From Macrostomum lignano (Eukaryota), in NCBI GenBank assembly GCA_002269645.1, contig NIVC01000188.1, positions 1 to 64,000 on the forward strand: DNA of 64,000 bases, given 5' to 3'. Shown here one piece after another: positions 1 through 25,290 of the stretch (its first letter is position 1; each line of letters starts with the position of its first letter). The notes under the pieces were generated by a model. The model had not been told where the DNA came from and ran no database searches. It saw nothing but the letters and a program-made list of their open reading frames with translations. The position numbers and the translations under genes are program-made.

Positions 1-11410
<11,410 letters not shown>

Positions 11411-11725
11411 CCGATTTGACTAAGAGTACATTTGCACCTTCGTATTTGCTGACAAACTGGTTTTCTTAGTAGCTGTTAACTAAAGTATGAGCGTAGCTTG
11501 ATTGTCAAAGAACCACTTGAACTAGTTTTTACCAGAATCGTTTTTGCAAAGTTTAGCCCACCTACTTGGTCTTAGTCTCAACCTAGTCTCAACATACAAC
11601 AAAAAGCATATAATTCAATACTTATTAATTAGTGAACAAGTGATTCGAAATTCAAATGGACAACACATGGAAAAATGACAAAATTACCTTTTAAACTATG
11701 CAAAACGGTTTCCGTTGTTTGAGAC

Positions 11726-11731
11726 AATAAA
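11726..11731 (+). promoter_or_regulatory. Candidate polyadenylation signal of the dynein gene
   Basis: AATAAA about 315 bp after the stop codon, in AT-rich sequence. Confidence 0.4.
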
Positions 11732-12041
11732 GTATTTCTTGAAAGAAAATTAGACAGTACTGCTATAAAAAACTTTCCAAGCCATCCTTTTATTCAACTT
11801 TCTGTCGCACCCAAACAGAATATTTTTGATATAATTTTGATTTTATTGCCAAATAATTTGTTTGAATGCATTGATGGAAATATCACATGAATTTAAACTG
11901 ATTAACCTTTTTAAAGTCGATTAAAAAACAAATGATTTAATAAAAACGGAATGAATGAATTATTCCATTTTTCTAATTTATTTAAAATTTGCCTACACGT
12001 AAATTTTCAAGTCGGTATTTGTTTAAATCGTATGCTCATCG

Positions 12042-15000
12042 TTATTCCCACGCTTCGCTGGCCAGCGGACACGATCTCAACTCGACAGCTTCGGGAGCCG
12101 CCACGGCAGCTCTTCGACTGTTGGTTGCGCCTGCTCGCGCCTGAGCATCATTCTCTTCTTCATCGATCTTTTTATTGTCGAAAAACCTCGCAGTCGAGCG
12201 TCTTCGCTCCGACCAGAGGCAGGTGTTGGCCGCCATTCCAGCGTTTATCGCGGCGAATGCAACGATTGCCAGTTTAAAGGAGAGGCCGAAATGGTAGCTG
12301 ACATCGGGGTGGCCAGGTCCGCTGTGGCCTGGCGGTCTTGTCAGCTCGGTTTCGGCGTCGTTCAAACCTTCAAAGTCGACGGCGCCGACAAAGTGCAGGC
12401 AGCCTGCCGCCAACGATACGCCTGCAAGTTTTGCGGAAGAAGAGCATCAGTGTAGGACGTTAGCTACACTTGGGTAGTCTAGAACGAAGCTCGATCGATA
12501 ATCTGCTTCTTAGAAAGGCAAACACTTTTTTTATTAGAGGCAGGGGGTTGTCTGCACCCTGGCGCACTTTAAGCGACATAGGCACACAACCGGCGAGAGG
12601 CATTACTGCCCATTCCGCCGACTCCCCTGAGCAGGCATACAAGCGCGCGGATACGTACGCAGGCACACACTCACACAGGAGTGTACAGCGGCCCTAACTT
12701 TATTTTATCGTTAGGCATGTACACTTCACTGCGCCTTGGGGGGTTGGCTCTCAAGGCCGTTAATTGCACGAGCAGAGCCAAGCCGAGATTCCAATTCAGC
12801 CCCAAATTAATGTGACTGCACTTGGAATCGAGCCTGGGTCGCTGGCACACCAGAGCCTGCGCTAGACCGCTGGGCTACGGCTCCTCTAAGGCAAACACTA
12901 CTAGTGCTGCAACAGTTTTTTAGCAGGAAAATTACAATTAAGACCAATTTATTCTAATGCGTAATGTCATGCATATTGTCAATTTTGAGCAGTAACTCAG
13001 CAAATCTCGCGCCAAAGCTTCGATTCCATGTTTGGCCACGTTCATTTCTCGCTTATGCAGACTATTTTTAGAGGCGTAACTTAATGGCTATTTTGATGAC
13101 ATTGTTAACGATTCTTCAATTTTGGCGAGTTTAATGAAAGCCCTGCGCTGTCTTACTAGAAAAAGCCAATAAAATTCCGCTAGCAATGTGACAGTGAATG
13201 GCTACGGCGGCCGAAGTAGTGGCAGGATTTCTGCCTCCAGGAAGCACCAGCAGCGGGGTCAGGAGGATTGCGGCAGCCAGGCAGGCAGCGCTTGCGGCGT
13301 AGAACGGCATGCCGGATTTGTAGTTCGCTGCGAGTGCGGATGGGGCGAATGCGGCTGACTGAGCACCATTGCTGCATTGTCTGATGGGGTGTCGCCTGGC
13401 TCTGTGGCATTATCTGACACAGATAAGACAGTAACTGACACAGATACCGCAGTAACTGGCACAGATACCACAGTAACTGACATAGATGAGACAGTAACTG
13501 ACACAGATACCACAGTAACTGACACAGATACCACAGTAGCTGACACAGATACCACAGTAGCTGACACAGATACCACAGTAACCGACACAGATACCAAAGT
13601 AACTGACACAGATACCACAGTAACTGACACAGATACCACAGTAACTGACACAGATACCACAGTAACTGACACAGATACCACAGTAACTGACACAGATACC
13701 ACAGTAACTGACACAGATACCACAGTAACTGACACAGATACCACAGTAGTTGACACAGATACCACAGTAGTTGACACAGATACCACAGTAGTTGACACAG
13801 ATACCACAGTAGTTGACACAGATACCACAGTAACCGACACAGATACCACAGTAACCGACACAGATACCACAGTAGTTGACACAGATACCACAGTAGTTGA
13901 CACAGATACCACAGTAGTTGACACAGATACCACAGTAGTTGACACAGATACCACAGTAACTGACACAGATACCACAGTAACCGACACAGATACTACAGTA
14001 ACCGACACAGATACCACAGTAGTTGACACAGATACCACAGTAGCCGACACAGATACCACAGTAGTTGACACAGATACCACAGTAGTTGACACAGATACCA
14101 CAGTAACTGACACAGATACCACAGTAGTTGACACAGATACCACAGTAGTTGACACAGATACCACAGTAGTTGACACAGATACCACAGTAGTTGACACAGA
14201 TACCACAGTAGCTGACACAGATACCACAGTAGTTGACACAGATACCACAGTAGTTGACACAGATACCACAGTAGTTGACACAGATACCACAGTAACTGAC
14301 ACAGATACCACAGTAGCTGACACAGATACCACAGTAGTTGACACAGATACCACAGTAGTTGACACAGATACCACAGTAGTTGACACAGATACCACAGTAG
14401 TTGACACAGATACCACAGTAGTTGACACAGATAACACAGTATAGTTGACACAGATACTACAGTAACCGACACAGATACCACAGTAACTGACACAGATACC
14501 ATAGTAACTGACACAGATACCACAGTAACCGACACAGATACCACAGTAACCGACACAGATACCACAGTAACCGACACAGATACCACAGTTACCGACACAG
14601 ATACCACAGTAACTGACACAGATACCACAGTAACTGACACAGTTACCACACATGTATTTACTGGTATTTAGCATATGAAATAGCTACGTTATTAAATGAC
14701 GCAGGTAGCATAATAATTTTCACAGTTAATTATACTACTGATAATTGATTACACCTATTATGACATACTAATGCATCCAAAAGATAAGTTAATAGATAGA
14801 ATACATAAGTTAACGCTATCTATTAATATCTTTTGACTTTTGACTACTCACCAATCAGAGAAAAAGTAGTAATAGGCTCTGTAAACTGTTCGTAATGAAG
14901 CTGCAGTTTCATAGTGCCGTAGTCCACCGATTCGCACTTCAAATCGTCGCCCTGAATATAAGCGTCGTAAATTTTCATTTCCACTGTAAAGCAGAAACGC

Positions 15001-15179
15001 CACAAGCCGGCATACGTAGAGAGCCTGCTTGACAGTGCAGCGCCTCTCAGAGACTCGCGAATTTCAATCCACCGCGGCGTCACCAGAGACACGGATAGAA
15101 TTCCGGCGGCTAGCAGCTGAGCAATCAATAGACTGGCGAAGGCGGCCGAAAATCTCCGGCGTTGCGTGATTGTGCGCAT
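12042..15179 (-). CDS. PMP22/claudin/TARP (CACNG)-superfamily tetraspan membrane protein, 292 aa
   Basis: Exons 15179-14852, 13327-13157, 12421-12042; both introns GT-AG phase 1; 879 bp in frame. TM1, then W...GLWRFC...C claudin signature; TM2 PFYAASAACLAAAILLTPLLV; TM3; YHFGLSFKLA motif before TM4. Confidence 0.85.
12697..12884 (-). mobile_element. tRNA-derived SINE in intron 2 of the claudin-like gene
   Basis: On the - strand: A box TAGCCCAGCGG (12877-12867), B box GGCTCGATTCC (12834-12824), a body shared with the copy at ~53400, and an A-rich tail (gataaaataaa). Confidence 0.65.
13414..14650. repeat. 21-bp minisatellite gacacagataccacagta(act/gtt/acc/gct), ~59 copies
   Basis: Period 21 read directly; fills most of intron 1 (13328-14851) of the claudin-like gene. 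Confidence 0.97.
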
Positions 15180-15664
15180 ATGCTTTCCTAGAACGGACGA
15201 TATTTGTTTTCAAAAAAATCTATTTTCCATCAAACCAGGCTTACTGCTCTCTGGTTTTTATAGAAAATTCATTTCTGCGTAATTCGATGAAATGTGCGAA
15301 AAGCGGCCAAATCGAAATTTTAAATTGGTGCGATTTTTTCCGTCAAGTCGCTATCATAAATTCAATAAATCTTAATGGACACATGAATTATTGATAGATT
15401 ATAATGCGGCTTCATCACGCTAATTATGGTGATAAATTAAATTTACAGAACCAAAACGTCTATCATCAGGAAAACATTGCATCGAAATTGTTATTTATTG
15501 ATTAGCCAGCGGTTCATAAAAATTTGTCGAAAAGTCCTGCAGTCTCTTTCATAGACCATAGAAATTTTGAAAGCTCGAATCTAAAAGGTTTCACATTTGG
15601 TAAATCATCGTGTTCACATCTAAAAATTACACTTACCAAGAGAGACAGCTGACAATAAATGCAC

Positions 15665-15938
15665 TTTCTCTCTCCTCTCCTCTTCTCTTCTCTCCTCTCT
15701 TCTCCTCTCCTCCTTTTCTCTTCTCTCCTCTCTTCTCTTCTTCTCTCCTCTCTTCTCTTCTTCTCTCCTCTCTTCTCTTCTTCTCTCCTCTTCTCTCCTC
15801 TCCTTTTCTCTTCTTCTCTCCTCTTCTCTCCTCTCCTTTTCTCTTCTCTCCTCTCTTTTCTTCTTCTCTCCTCTCCTCTCCTCTCCTTTCTCTCCTTTTC
15901 TCTCCTCTCCTCTCATCTCCTCTCCTCTCCCCTCCTCT
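15665..15938. repeat. Pure pyrimidine (CT-rich) low-complexity tract
   Basis: Only C and T on the + strand (ctcctctctt-type units). Confidence 0.95.
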
Positions 15939-16862
15939 ACAGTAGCAGTAAGCATGATAAGAAAATCTGAAACTTAATTATTACACAAAAGGAAGAAAAA
16001 ACTTATTTCTTTTATATATTTTTTTGAATATACCAGCGTAATTTATCGTTAATCTAATTCTTTCAATCTTTTAAGTAAGAATGTATAAAAATCATAAAAC
16101 ACGCAAAAGATTTACATCTGGGCAGACAAAATACACCGTAATCCTTACACGTGCGAAATGTAATAATATAAGAATGAATAGCGAACTTTCATCACTAAAA
16201 GCCGGATAAAAATAGACATGGAGCTCAATTCCTTTCTGTCGCAGTCTGAATAAACAAAGTTAGAGTACGCGCTTGTAAAATAACTTTTGTTGATAGTAAA
16301 GAAGCCAAACAATTTAAACAAATTATGCATTTTAAGTGAGATGAAAGGCACAATGATATATCGTACTCAAGCAGTATGGAGCAGAGCTTTAAAACATGCA
16401 AGCATATACTCTAGATACGTATTGTAATTTCAGCATTACGAGCAAAAATATTTAATATATTGTTACTACTTTTAATTACTAAGCTATTCGATTTCTTAGA
16501 ATTCCAATAAAAACAATTAGGCATTCGGAATAATAGAGATTAAAAATCGATAGTTTTGTGTAAAAACACTAAAGTGCCGGAAAGTCTCGAATCAAATAAA
16601 ATAATAACGTCTATGTCTTCCTTAAATACGGTAAATTTTGTATTGCAAAAATAAAATTAGACTTTGGAATAGAAAATTTGCTCAATATAATTTTGTTTTA
16701 ATTTAAAACGTTTCTATTGATTGGAAATTTTCAGTATTGTTTAGATGAAAAGCTTGTTTAGTTTCGACTTTTCATGATCTGCTTCCAATTTAGGCCAAAA
16801 GTTCCAAATTACACCAAAAGTATCCAGGGAGCTTGTCATATAACAGTACATATAGCTATAAG

Positions 16863-19800
16863 CTAATTCCCTGTCAGCTCGGTTCCAGTCCAGAGACCGC
16901 GCATTTCGGCAATCCTTGGAGCTCGCCTGGCCAACTGGTCGAGTCCAGCCTGGCTGACCCTGGAGCAAAATGACAGATCCACGTAGTGCAGAGAGTCGGC
17001 AGCCAGGTGCTGCAGGCCAGCATCCGTGATGCCATCGCAATTAGCTAAGCCGAGACTTCTCAGCCGGTGACACCGGCTGACAATGGCAACCAGGCCTTTG
17101 TCCGATACCCCCACTGAACCAGATAGATGAAGCTGGCGGAGGCTGGGAGCTCCCGAGGCTAAATTAAACAGATGCGAATCTTGAACGTGACGATTGCCTT
17201 GCAGGTGCAACTCCTCCAGATCCGGGAAGGGGAACTGGCTGGAAGGGAATATCTGCGGGAAAGGAGTTCGGCAATAGATTTTTGTTTTGTTGGATTTTAA
17301 AAATTTGAGACCTAAATCTGTAAGATAAAACTAAATCTAAATATCAGGATAAACTAAAGCAATTTCATTAATTCACAACTTAATGAACCTCGAATCTCAT
17401 GAATCCCAAATGTCATAGATCCCAAAAGTCCCGAATCCCACGAATCCCATGAATCCCGCCTCCAATTAATCCCAAATCACATAAATCCTGAATACCCTAA
17501 ATCCCGAATCCCATGGATCCCAAATCCCACAAATGCCGAATTCCAAATCCTACAAATCCCGAATCCCATGAATCACGAATCCCACGAATCCCAACTCCCA
17601 CGAATCCCAACTCCCACGAATCCCAACTCCCACGAATCCCAACTCCCACGAATCCCAAATCTCACGAATCCCAAATCCCACGAATCCCAAATCTCACGAA
17701 TCCCAAATCCCACGAATCCCAAATCTCACGAATCCCAAATCCCACGAATCCCAACTCCCACGAATCCCAAATCTCACGAATCCCAAATCCCAACTCCCAC
17801 GAATCCCAACTCCCACAAATCCCAAATCCCACGAATCCCAAATCCCACGAATCCCGAATCTCATGAATCCTAAATCCCAAAAATCCCGAATCTCATGAAT
17901 CCCACGAATCCCAAATATCCCATAAATCACAAATCACGAATTCCACAAATCCCAAATCTCATGAATCCCGAATAATAAGACAGAAAACTATAGAATCCCA
18001 GCAAAAAATCAATCTCTCTTTTGCAAAAATTCTCACCTCATCGAGTCCGATTCCGGTAACTTTGGAGCAGTTGCTCAAATCTAGCAGTCGTAGGCGTCGC
18101 AAACTTAACAATGAATAGTTCGGCCCAATGGCCGCCTCCGAGTTGTCCACCGAGCGAGATAGAAGACTTTTCAACTCGTTGTACGATGGCGGATTATATT
18201 TCGGCTCGCCTGAAATTTAAATTAAAAAACACCTAATTTAATTTGTTATGCTGCGTCGATATTCTACTCAAAGAAACAAGCAATCTTGATTATTGATGCG
18301 ATATTTTATACCAAGCTTATAATCGTGTTTTTCTACTAATAGTAATACTAATGAAATTTTGTCCGCGTAGCATATCAAATTGAAAACTGCTGCAGCTAGC
18401 AAAAAATCTGGTAATTTTCTAACCCGGTCACAAAGTCCAGCCCAAGCAGGGTTTGGTACGTACAGTATTCGTCGGTTGAAGAATGATAAGAAATTATTCC
18501 ATACATTACCACGCAGAAAAAGATAAATTGACCTCTAACCACGTCTATATGCGGTTAGATTATAAAATGAAACTCTGAATCATAGTCAGAAATATGTACT
18601 TTTTTATTATAATTCTTTTATATATTCTGCATGAATTCTCGACGGTGTTCCTCTTTTAGAGTTAAAATAGATTTTAACAGATTTGGGTAAGGAAAACCTA
18701 ACAGACATAGGAAATCTAACAGATTTGGGGAAATCTAACACATTTTGGGAAATCTAACAGATTTGAGGAAATCTAACAGATTTGGGGAAATCTAACAGAT
18801 TTTGGGAAATCTAACAGATTTTGGGAAATCTAACACATTTTGGGAAATCTAACAGATTTGGGAAATCTAACAGATTTTGGGAAATCTAACAGATTTAGGG
18901 AAAATCTAACAGATTTGGGGAAATCTAACAGATTTTGGGAAATCTAACACATTTTGGGAAATCTAACACATTTTAGGAAATCTAACACATTTTAGGAAAT
19001 CTAACACATTTTGGGAAATCTAACACATTTTGGGAAATCTAACACATTTTGGGAAATCTAACACATTTTGGGAAATCTAACAGATTTTGGGAAATCTAAC
19101 AGATTTTGGGAAATCTAACAGATTTTGGGAAATCTAACAGCTTTGGGGAAATCTAACAGCTTTGGGGAAATCTAACAGCTTTGGGGAAATCTAACAGATT
19201 TGGGGAAATCTAACAGATTTGGGGAAATCTAACAGATTTGGGGAAATCTAACAGATTTTAGGAAATCTAACAGATTTGGGGAAATCTAACAGATTTGGGG
19301 AAATCTAACAGATTTGGGGAAATCTAACAGATTTGGGGAAATCTAACAGATTTTGGGAAATCTAACAGATTTGGGGAAATCTAACAGATTTGAGGAAATC
19401 TAACAGATTTGGGGAAATCTAACAGATTTTGGGAAATCTAACAGATTTGGGGAAATCTAACAGATTTGAGGAAATCTAACAGATTTGGGGAAATCTAACA
19501 GATTTTGGGAAATCTAACAGATTTGGGGAAATCTAACAGATTTTGGGAAATCTAACAGCTTTGGGGAAATCTAACAGATTTGGGGAAATCTAACAGATTT
19601 GGGGAAATCTAACAGATTTTGGGAAATCTAACAGATTTGAGGAAATCTAAGAGATTTGGGGAATATAACAGATTTTGGGAAATCTAACAGACATAGGAAA
19701 TCTAACAGATTTGGGGAAATCTAACAGATTTGGGGAAATCTAACAGATTTGGGGAAATCTAACAGATTTGAGGAAATCTAACAGATTTGAGGAAATCTAA

Positions 19801-22763
19801 CAGATTTGGGGAAATCTAACAGATTTGAGGAAATCTAACAGATTTGAGGAAATCTAACAGATTTGGGGAAATCTAACAGATTTGGGGAAATCTAACAGAT
19901 TTTGGGAAATCTAACAGATTTTGGGAAATCTAACAGATTTTGGGAAATCTAACAGATTTGGGGAAATCTAACAGATTTTGGGAAATCTAACAGATTTTGG
20001 GAAATCTAACAGATTTTGGGATATCTAACAGATGTTAGAAATCTAACAGACAAAACCTGAGAAAACTCACCGACATCCACAGCCCGTTTGTAATGCGGAA
20101 ACTGTTCACCTCGGCGACCGCTCTTGGACAGCAGCCAAGAAGTTGACGAAGTCGAACACTGCTCCGCGTCCTTGGACTTCGGCTGCGGCAGGCAAAGCAG
20201 CCCCCAGTCTGTGACGCCGCGAAGCCAGGCAAGTCGAAGACTTCTCAACGACTGGCCCAGGTGTCCGCAGATCAGCCTCAGCCCTACGTCGGTGAATCCC
20301 GCGCATGACGAAGCGTCGAGATGTTCCAGCATCCGTAGAGATCCTTCATCACTGCTAGTCAGCGATTCTGTCACAGCGGCATCAGTGAACGCGGAGCAGC
20401 GAGCCACTGCCAGCGAGCGAAGCTGCCGAGCCGCAGTCAGCGCGGTTGTCAACGCGCCCTCCGAGACTCGGCCGCAGTCGGAGATGTCGAGAACCGTGAG
20501 GCTGGACGAAGAGGCAATTAGAAGCCGATCGCTGATGAAATTCGAGCAGCCGGGAGCCAGCAGCTCCGTCAGTTGGTCGGCCGTGGCCGGCTGCGGACCG
20601 ACCGTTTGAAGGTGACGATTCTTGGCCAGACTGAGGCGTCGAAGGCTGCCTCGCTGGCTGGCGACGAGGCGGGCGAGACCGCGACCTTCCAGCAGGCGGC
20701 AGGAGTCCAGGGCGATGCCGCGAAGATGGAGGCTGTCAACCTGAATTGATGGGGCGTAAATGATATGGAGCTGAAGCTGAGCATCTATAGACTCTCGGTG
20801 ATAATCTATAGCCTGAAGCTGAACATCTATAAACTCTCTGTGATAATCTATAGCCTGAAGCTGAACATCTATAAACTCTCTGTGATAATCTATAGCCTGA
20901 AGCTGAACGTCTATAGACTCTCGGTGATAATCTATAGCCTGAAGCTGAACATCTATAAACTCTCTGTGATAATCTATAGCCTGAAGCTGAACATCTATAA
21001 ACTCTCGGTGATAATCTATAGCCTGAAGCTGAACATCTATAGACTCTCGGTGATAATCTATAGCCTAAATTAGAGCATCTGTAGACTCTCGGTGACGATC
21101 TACAGCCTAAATTAGAACATCTATACTCTCGATAAAGTTGAAATTGACCAGAGAAATATCTATCCAAAGTTTACTAAAAACTACAAGCGCCGAACTCAAA
21201 TAAAGCAGTCGAAGTCTCACCTTAGCCAGCTGCTCCAAAGCTGAGTCGGTGACATCCGTGCAGCTCAAGTCCAGCTCCTCGATGCCGCAACGACGCACCA
21301 CGTCGAGAACAGCGGCAAAGGTCAGCACCGATGCATCAGCCATGGAGCCAATCGCGACAGAACTGGAGCAAACCAACGAACAGCAGCGGAGATTTAATGA
21401 TTTTAAATTTGTAAACAGATCGACAAAGCGTTTGAGTCCGGTGGCAGTCAGCCGGGTCAGGCCAGCCAAGCTGAGATGCCGGACGCCAACTAGTTGGTCG
21501 CGGAGGTGCCTCCTCTGCGACTGGTCGGAGAGCAGGTCCCGAGCCAAGCAGAGCCCATCGCAGCCCGACAGATCAACGCTGACAAGCCGATGACATCCGT
21601 CTAGGGTGTCGGCAAGTTGACGCCAGCTAAGAGCGAATGACGACTTTGATGAAGAGGTGTGGCTGCCAAGTGCAAGACTGCGGACCAGAGGCTTCCACTC
21701 TGGAGGCAGTATGGAACCAGATGATGAGGCAGCGGCAGCACCTGACAGGCAGGAACCTGTAAAGGGAAATTAACAGTTCAGAAGCTTTGAGTTAAAAATA
21801 AACTTTCTTTTTTCAGGAAAATAAAATTTCAATCCTATTTTTTATCTCAAGGGCCAGATGAGAGAAGAAAGAGAAGATAAGAGAGAGCAGAGAGAAGAAA
21901 AGGAAGGGACAGAGGAGGAAAGGGAGCTGAAAAGAGACCTTGATTTTATCAGATTGCCACAGTGAAGTTTCAAAGGACACAAGGGTTAGGCAGAGAAACT
22001 TTGTAAGAGCCTAGAGTTTGCCAACTTTCTGATCTAATAAAGATATCAATATGAATGAAACTTCAGTTTTATTCAATTTCTAAGCAGTGATTTCTTAATT
22101 TCTTTTTGGCTTTACAAGCTATTGTTTAAAGTTTTAACACTGCATGGTAGGTACAAGGAGGTCAAAGAGATTGGTTGAACCCCCAAAAGAAAACCTTTTT
22201 ATGACTGAAATATTATTACATTATTACATTAAATATTACATTAGGAGTATGTCTTTATACTAAAATAGCTAGTTAAATCTTTTTTAGTACTGTAGAGTTT
22301 TGGCTAGGTAACTGCAAATAAAATGACAAAAAAAACTAATATAAACATACCAGCATCAACCACAACATCTCGCATTAAAGCTGGATGTCTGGCTGCCTGA
22401 AGCCAGTTTCTACATACCAGGGAAGCAGACTTGCGATCGGGTAAGCCAAGAAATCCAAGAATATGGGCCACAACCTGAAGTGTTTTAAATAAATTAAATA
22501 ACTTAAACCTGTTATGTAAAAAATGAATAAAATTCTGTGTCTAGGATTAATTGTTTGAGATAAAGATTATATATAAAAACATTTTGCTTCTTTTAAAAAT
22601 TATGAATATTTATTCTTAATTAATAAATTTCATCATAAAGTACTAAGTAAAAAATACGATTGCTTTATGGCATGCAAAAGCAATTTAGAAACTTGGAAAG
22701 TATCAAAAAAGTATCAGCAAAACGACTCCTGACCTCTTCCGGAAGAATACTGACTGTTGTCAT
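16863..22763 (-). CDS. LRRC29: F-box/leucine-rich-repeat protein (LRRC29/FBXL9-like), 640 aa
   Basis: Exons 22763-22734, 22474-22351, 21756-21221, 20740-20071, 18209-18037, 17252-16863; all introns GT-AG with consistent phases; 1923 bp. F-box LPEEVVAHILGFLGLPDRKSASLVCRNW and many LxxLxLxxCxxvTD repeats. The F-box and the LDGCHRLVSVDLSGC...VRHLSLAGL segment resemble LRRC29 from memory. The start exon is less certain. Confidence 0.8.
17391..17970. repeat. Degenerate 16-bp (8-bp subunit) tandem repeat cccacgaatcccaaat
   Basis: Period 16 in the core (17560-17830); lies in intron 17253-18036. Confidence 0.9.
18675..20050. repeat. 19-bp minisatellite aaatctaacagatttgggg, ~72 copies
   Basis: Period 19 read directly; lies in intron 18210-20070. 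Confidence 0.97.
20768..21130. repeat. 42-bp minisatellite ctgaagctgaacatctataaactctctgtgataatctatagc, ~8 copies
   Basis: Period 42; lies in intron 20741-21220. Confidence 0.95.
21855..22025 (+). repeat. Dispersed repeat copy 1 (AG-rich head + gtgaagtttcaaaggac core)
   Basis: Shares gagctgaaa(a/t)gagac, an exact 17-mer gtgaagtttcaaaggac (21962-21978) and gagtttgcc, in the same order, with 29160-29335. Confidence 0.65.
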
Positions 22764-23607
22764 ACAGAAAATTTTCAGAAAAAAGAATAGCAATAGAGTT
22801 AGAAGAAGTTAGAGTTAGAGAATGTCATCCATGTGCAAAATATCTTGTGCGAATTTTATTATATGAAAATGTCAAGATGCAGGGGTCAGTCACAAATTAA
22901 TATTTTTACAAAAGCTTAAATTAAAAACTGACGCATAATAAAATAAAAATTAATAGAAGTATTACAACTTACAAATACAGTTTAGAACTCGGGATACTTA
23001 AAAGCTGATTTGTGTACGACAGATACGCTAACCTAAATGAAGAGTTCTTATTTTTGTTTATATCTGTCTAAAACAAGCAGGCGCATCAAATTCTCTTTGT
23101 GCAGTCTCGATGGTGTGATACATCAATCCAAGTATGCAAATAGCTTTTAAATGTACTAAATCATGCACCCATTGTGTAGGGCAAATTCAGGGACTCAGAA
23201 ATGCGATTGTTCTAATGTAGCTCCCATGCAAAGCCAAATTTGAGCCAAATTCTGCTCCCCGCCATGAGATCCCGAATTGTACTTTTGGCCTTCAACGCGC
23301 CAACCAGCCTCTCCTAGTGCTGATGATAGGCTAGGCCTAACTCGAACATCAGAGACCGCATGATTCATTACCCGAGCCGCTTGGTGAACCTAGAGTGCTC
23401 AGAGTACATCTCTGGCGCCGATTCTGCACTACTGGCTGATTTGCTCACTGATTTGATAGATTGATCGACTGAGAACTGCCTTGCCTTGCCATTGGTCCAC
23501 TGTGACCGCGCCTACTAGCTTAGCTACTCATCTGAGCCATCGGCGAACAAATAAATAAAACCGATAAAAATAACTGTCAGATTTAACCTTCTCCTCAGAT
23601 CACTTAC

Positions 23608-24204
23608 CTTCAGATTGAATTGGAGTTTTAGACTACTAGCAGTATTATTGAATGACTTCTGCCTCAGCAACAGCACTACTGGACAAAAAGAGCAAAAGTG
23701 TGCGCCTAATCCAGCTACTGAAACCGGGGACAGATAAGGAATCACCCAATCAAGCAAGTCTAGGCGGCCTCTCACCCAACCAATCAGAAACTCAACAGCC
23801 GGAGACCAGGTAATCCACAGTGACCGAATCGGCTTAGTGCTTCGCAGCTGTAGACCCGGGATGGTGCTGATGTCACGGTCTTCATAGATAGCTAGCAGGA
23901 GATGCTCTTAACTTTGATGTTCGCTGCTGACGACCGGGGGGACTCGTCCTTGATGATGATGGGGGAAGTCGCAATCCGGGGATCAAGGAACGACGGTCGC
24001 GCTCCGGGACGTCTCAAGCTAGGCTAAGGTCCCATGCAGGAGGAGTTGGTCCAAGCGGGCCAAAAACACCGGTTTAAATAGCCGCCAACTGGACCGCAGT
24101 TTGTTATAATGGAACACGTCGGTTCTGATTGGCTGAGCTGATTTGTTAAAATGAGCATCGAATTTTCTGATTGGCTAAGCTGGTTGCTACCCAGAATCAC
24201 GTGA
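23608..24204 (-). promoter_or_regulatory. Probable promoter and non-coding 5' exons of the F-box/LRR gene
   Basis: Strong - strand donor aag|gtaagt at 23608/23607 after a pyrimidine-rich acceptor. CCAAT boxes at ~23746, ~23780, ~24127 and ~24169; E-box TCACGTGA at 24197-24204. Confidence 0.35.
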
Positions 24205-25290
24205 CCGAGAGATCTTATCAGTTCCCTCGGGGTCGTAAAAACATGACAGGTGCGGCCATAAATCAATCAAAATCGCAACAAAATGATTTATGACTTTTCG
24301 CGTAGAATTGACAGAAATTAATGAAAAAATATACATTAGAAAGCTCTTATTAAAGAGAAAGTGAAGATAATGAAGAGAAATCACTAATCGCTAATCCCAA
24401 AGTACTTTTAGGGGTAAAACGCATAGCTGTCAAAGCTGTCACACACTTGAGTAAACACGAACAATAGGCTCTGACCTCATAAATCTTGATGGCCTGTCAA
24501 AATGATGAGAAAAAAGCTACCGCCTGAATCCTCTCAGACCATCTGGCGCCCGCCTCAACACTGAGTGAGGCGCAGGTGGCTGTCAGACCAGCTTCGAAAG
24601 CGATGATTTATGACCCAAAAAGCTGCGCCTATGTTATTATGACTACTAGTATGACCAGACATTATATCTAGTATAGATTCTATGAAAATTCGCAGAAAAA
24701 GGATAAAAATGCCCATTGCCCACTGTTAGTAGGCAAGTAAGTTTAGAGCCCATGTGCTAGCGCGGGATTTGGAAAAAAGTGCGTCCTCATCACATGTTTG
24801 TAAAAGTTTTTTTTCAATTCTTCGAATTGCAGCAACAGGTGGAATGCATTACAAATGGAATCCTCTCTATCCCTTTGCAGCCGTTGCTGATCTTTTCGCT
24901 TTAGCTTGCAAAAGTTTTTCGTTCGCAATACCTAAGGCTCACATTTTTTAAATGCATTCTTTGTGGGCATAATTTACGTGCTATATCTAACATTAGTTGT
25001 TGAGTACTCGATTAAGTTACGACACATTTTTAGGACAGCAACGAAAAAAACTGCATGCTTTCTATGGAGATCTAATTTACTAAAAAAGTAGACGGGAAAA
25101 TCTATACATTGATTTTTAGCCCGATATCAGAAGACAAAGTTTCGCTGTCGACTGCATCTATAAGAACCAAGGGAAATCGTGACGAATGCACCTGCTTCGC
25201 CCATAGCCTTTTGATAGTTTCATGCGATTCCTATATGCATGACTATAGTCTTGACTGACTCAAGCGGGGGTCTCACTAGACAAGGAAATA

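Noticed and set aside
12697-12884. Functional tRNA gene
   Set aside because: A and B boxes are present but there is no convincing acceptor or anticodon stem; it continues into a repeated body and A-tail, so it is called a SINE.
13259-14674. 355-471-aa Thr/Asp/Val repeat ORFs (mucin- or ice-nucleation-like)
   Set aside because: Translations of an intronic 21-bp satellite that is stop-free in several frames on both strands.
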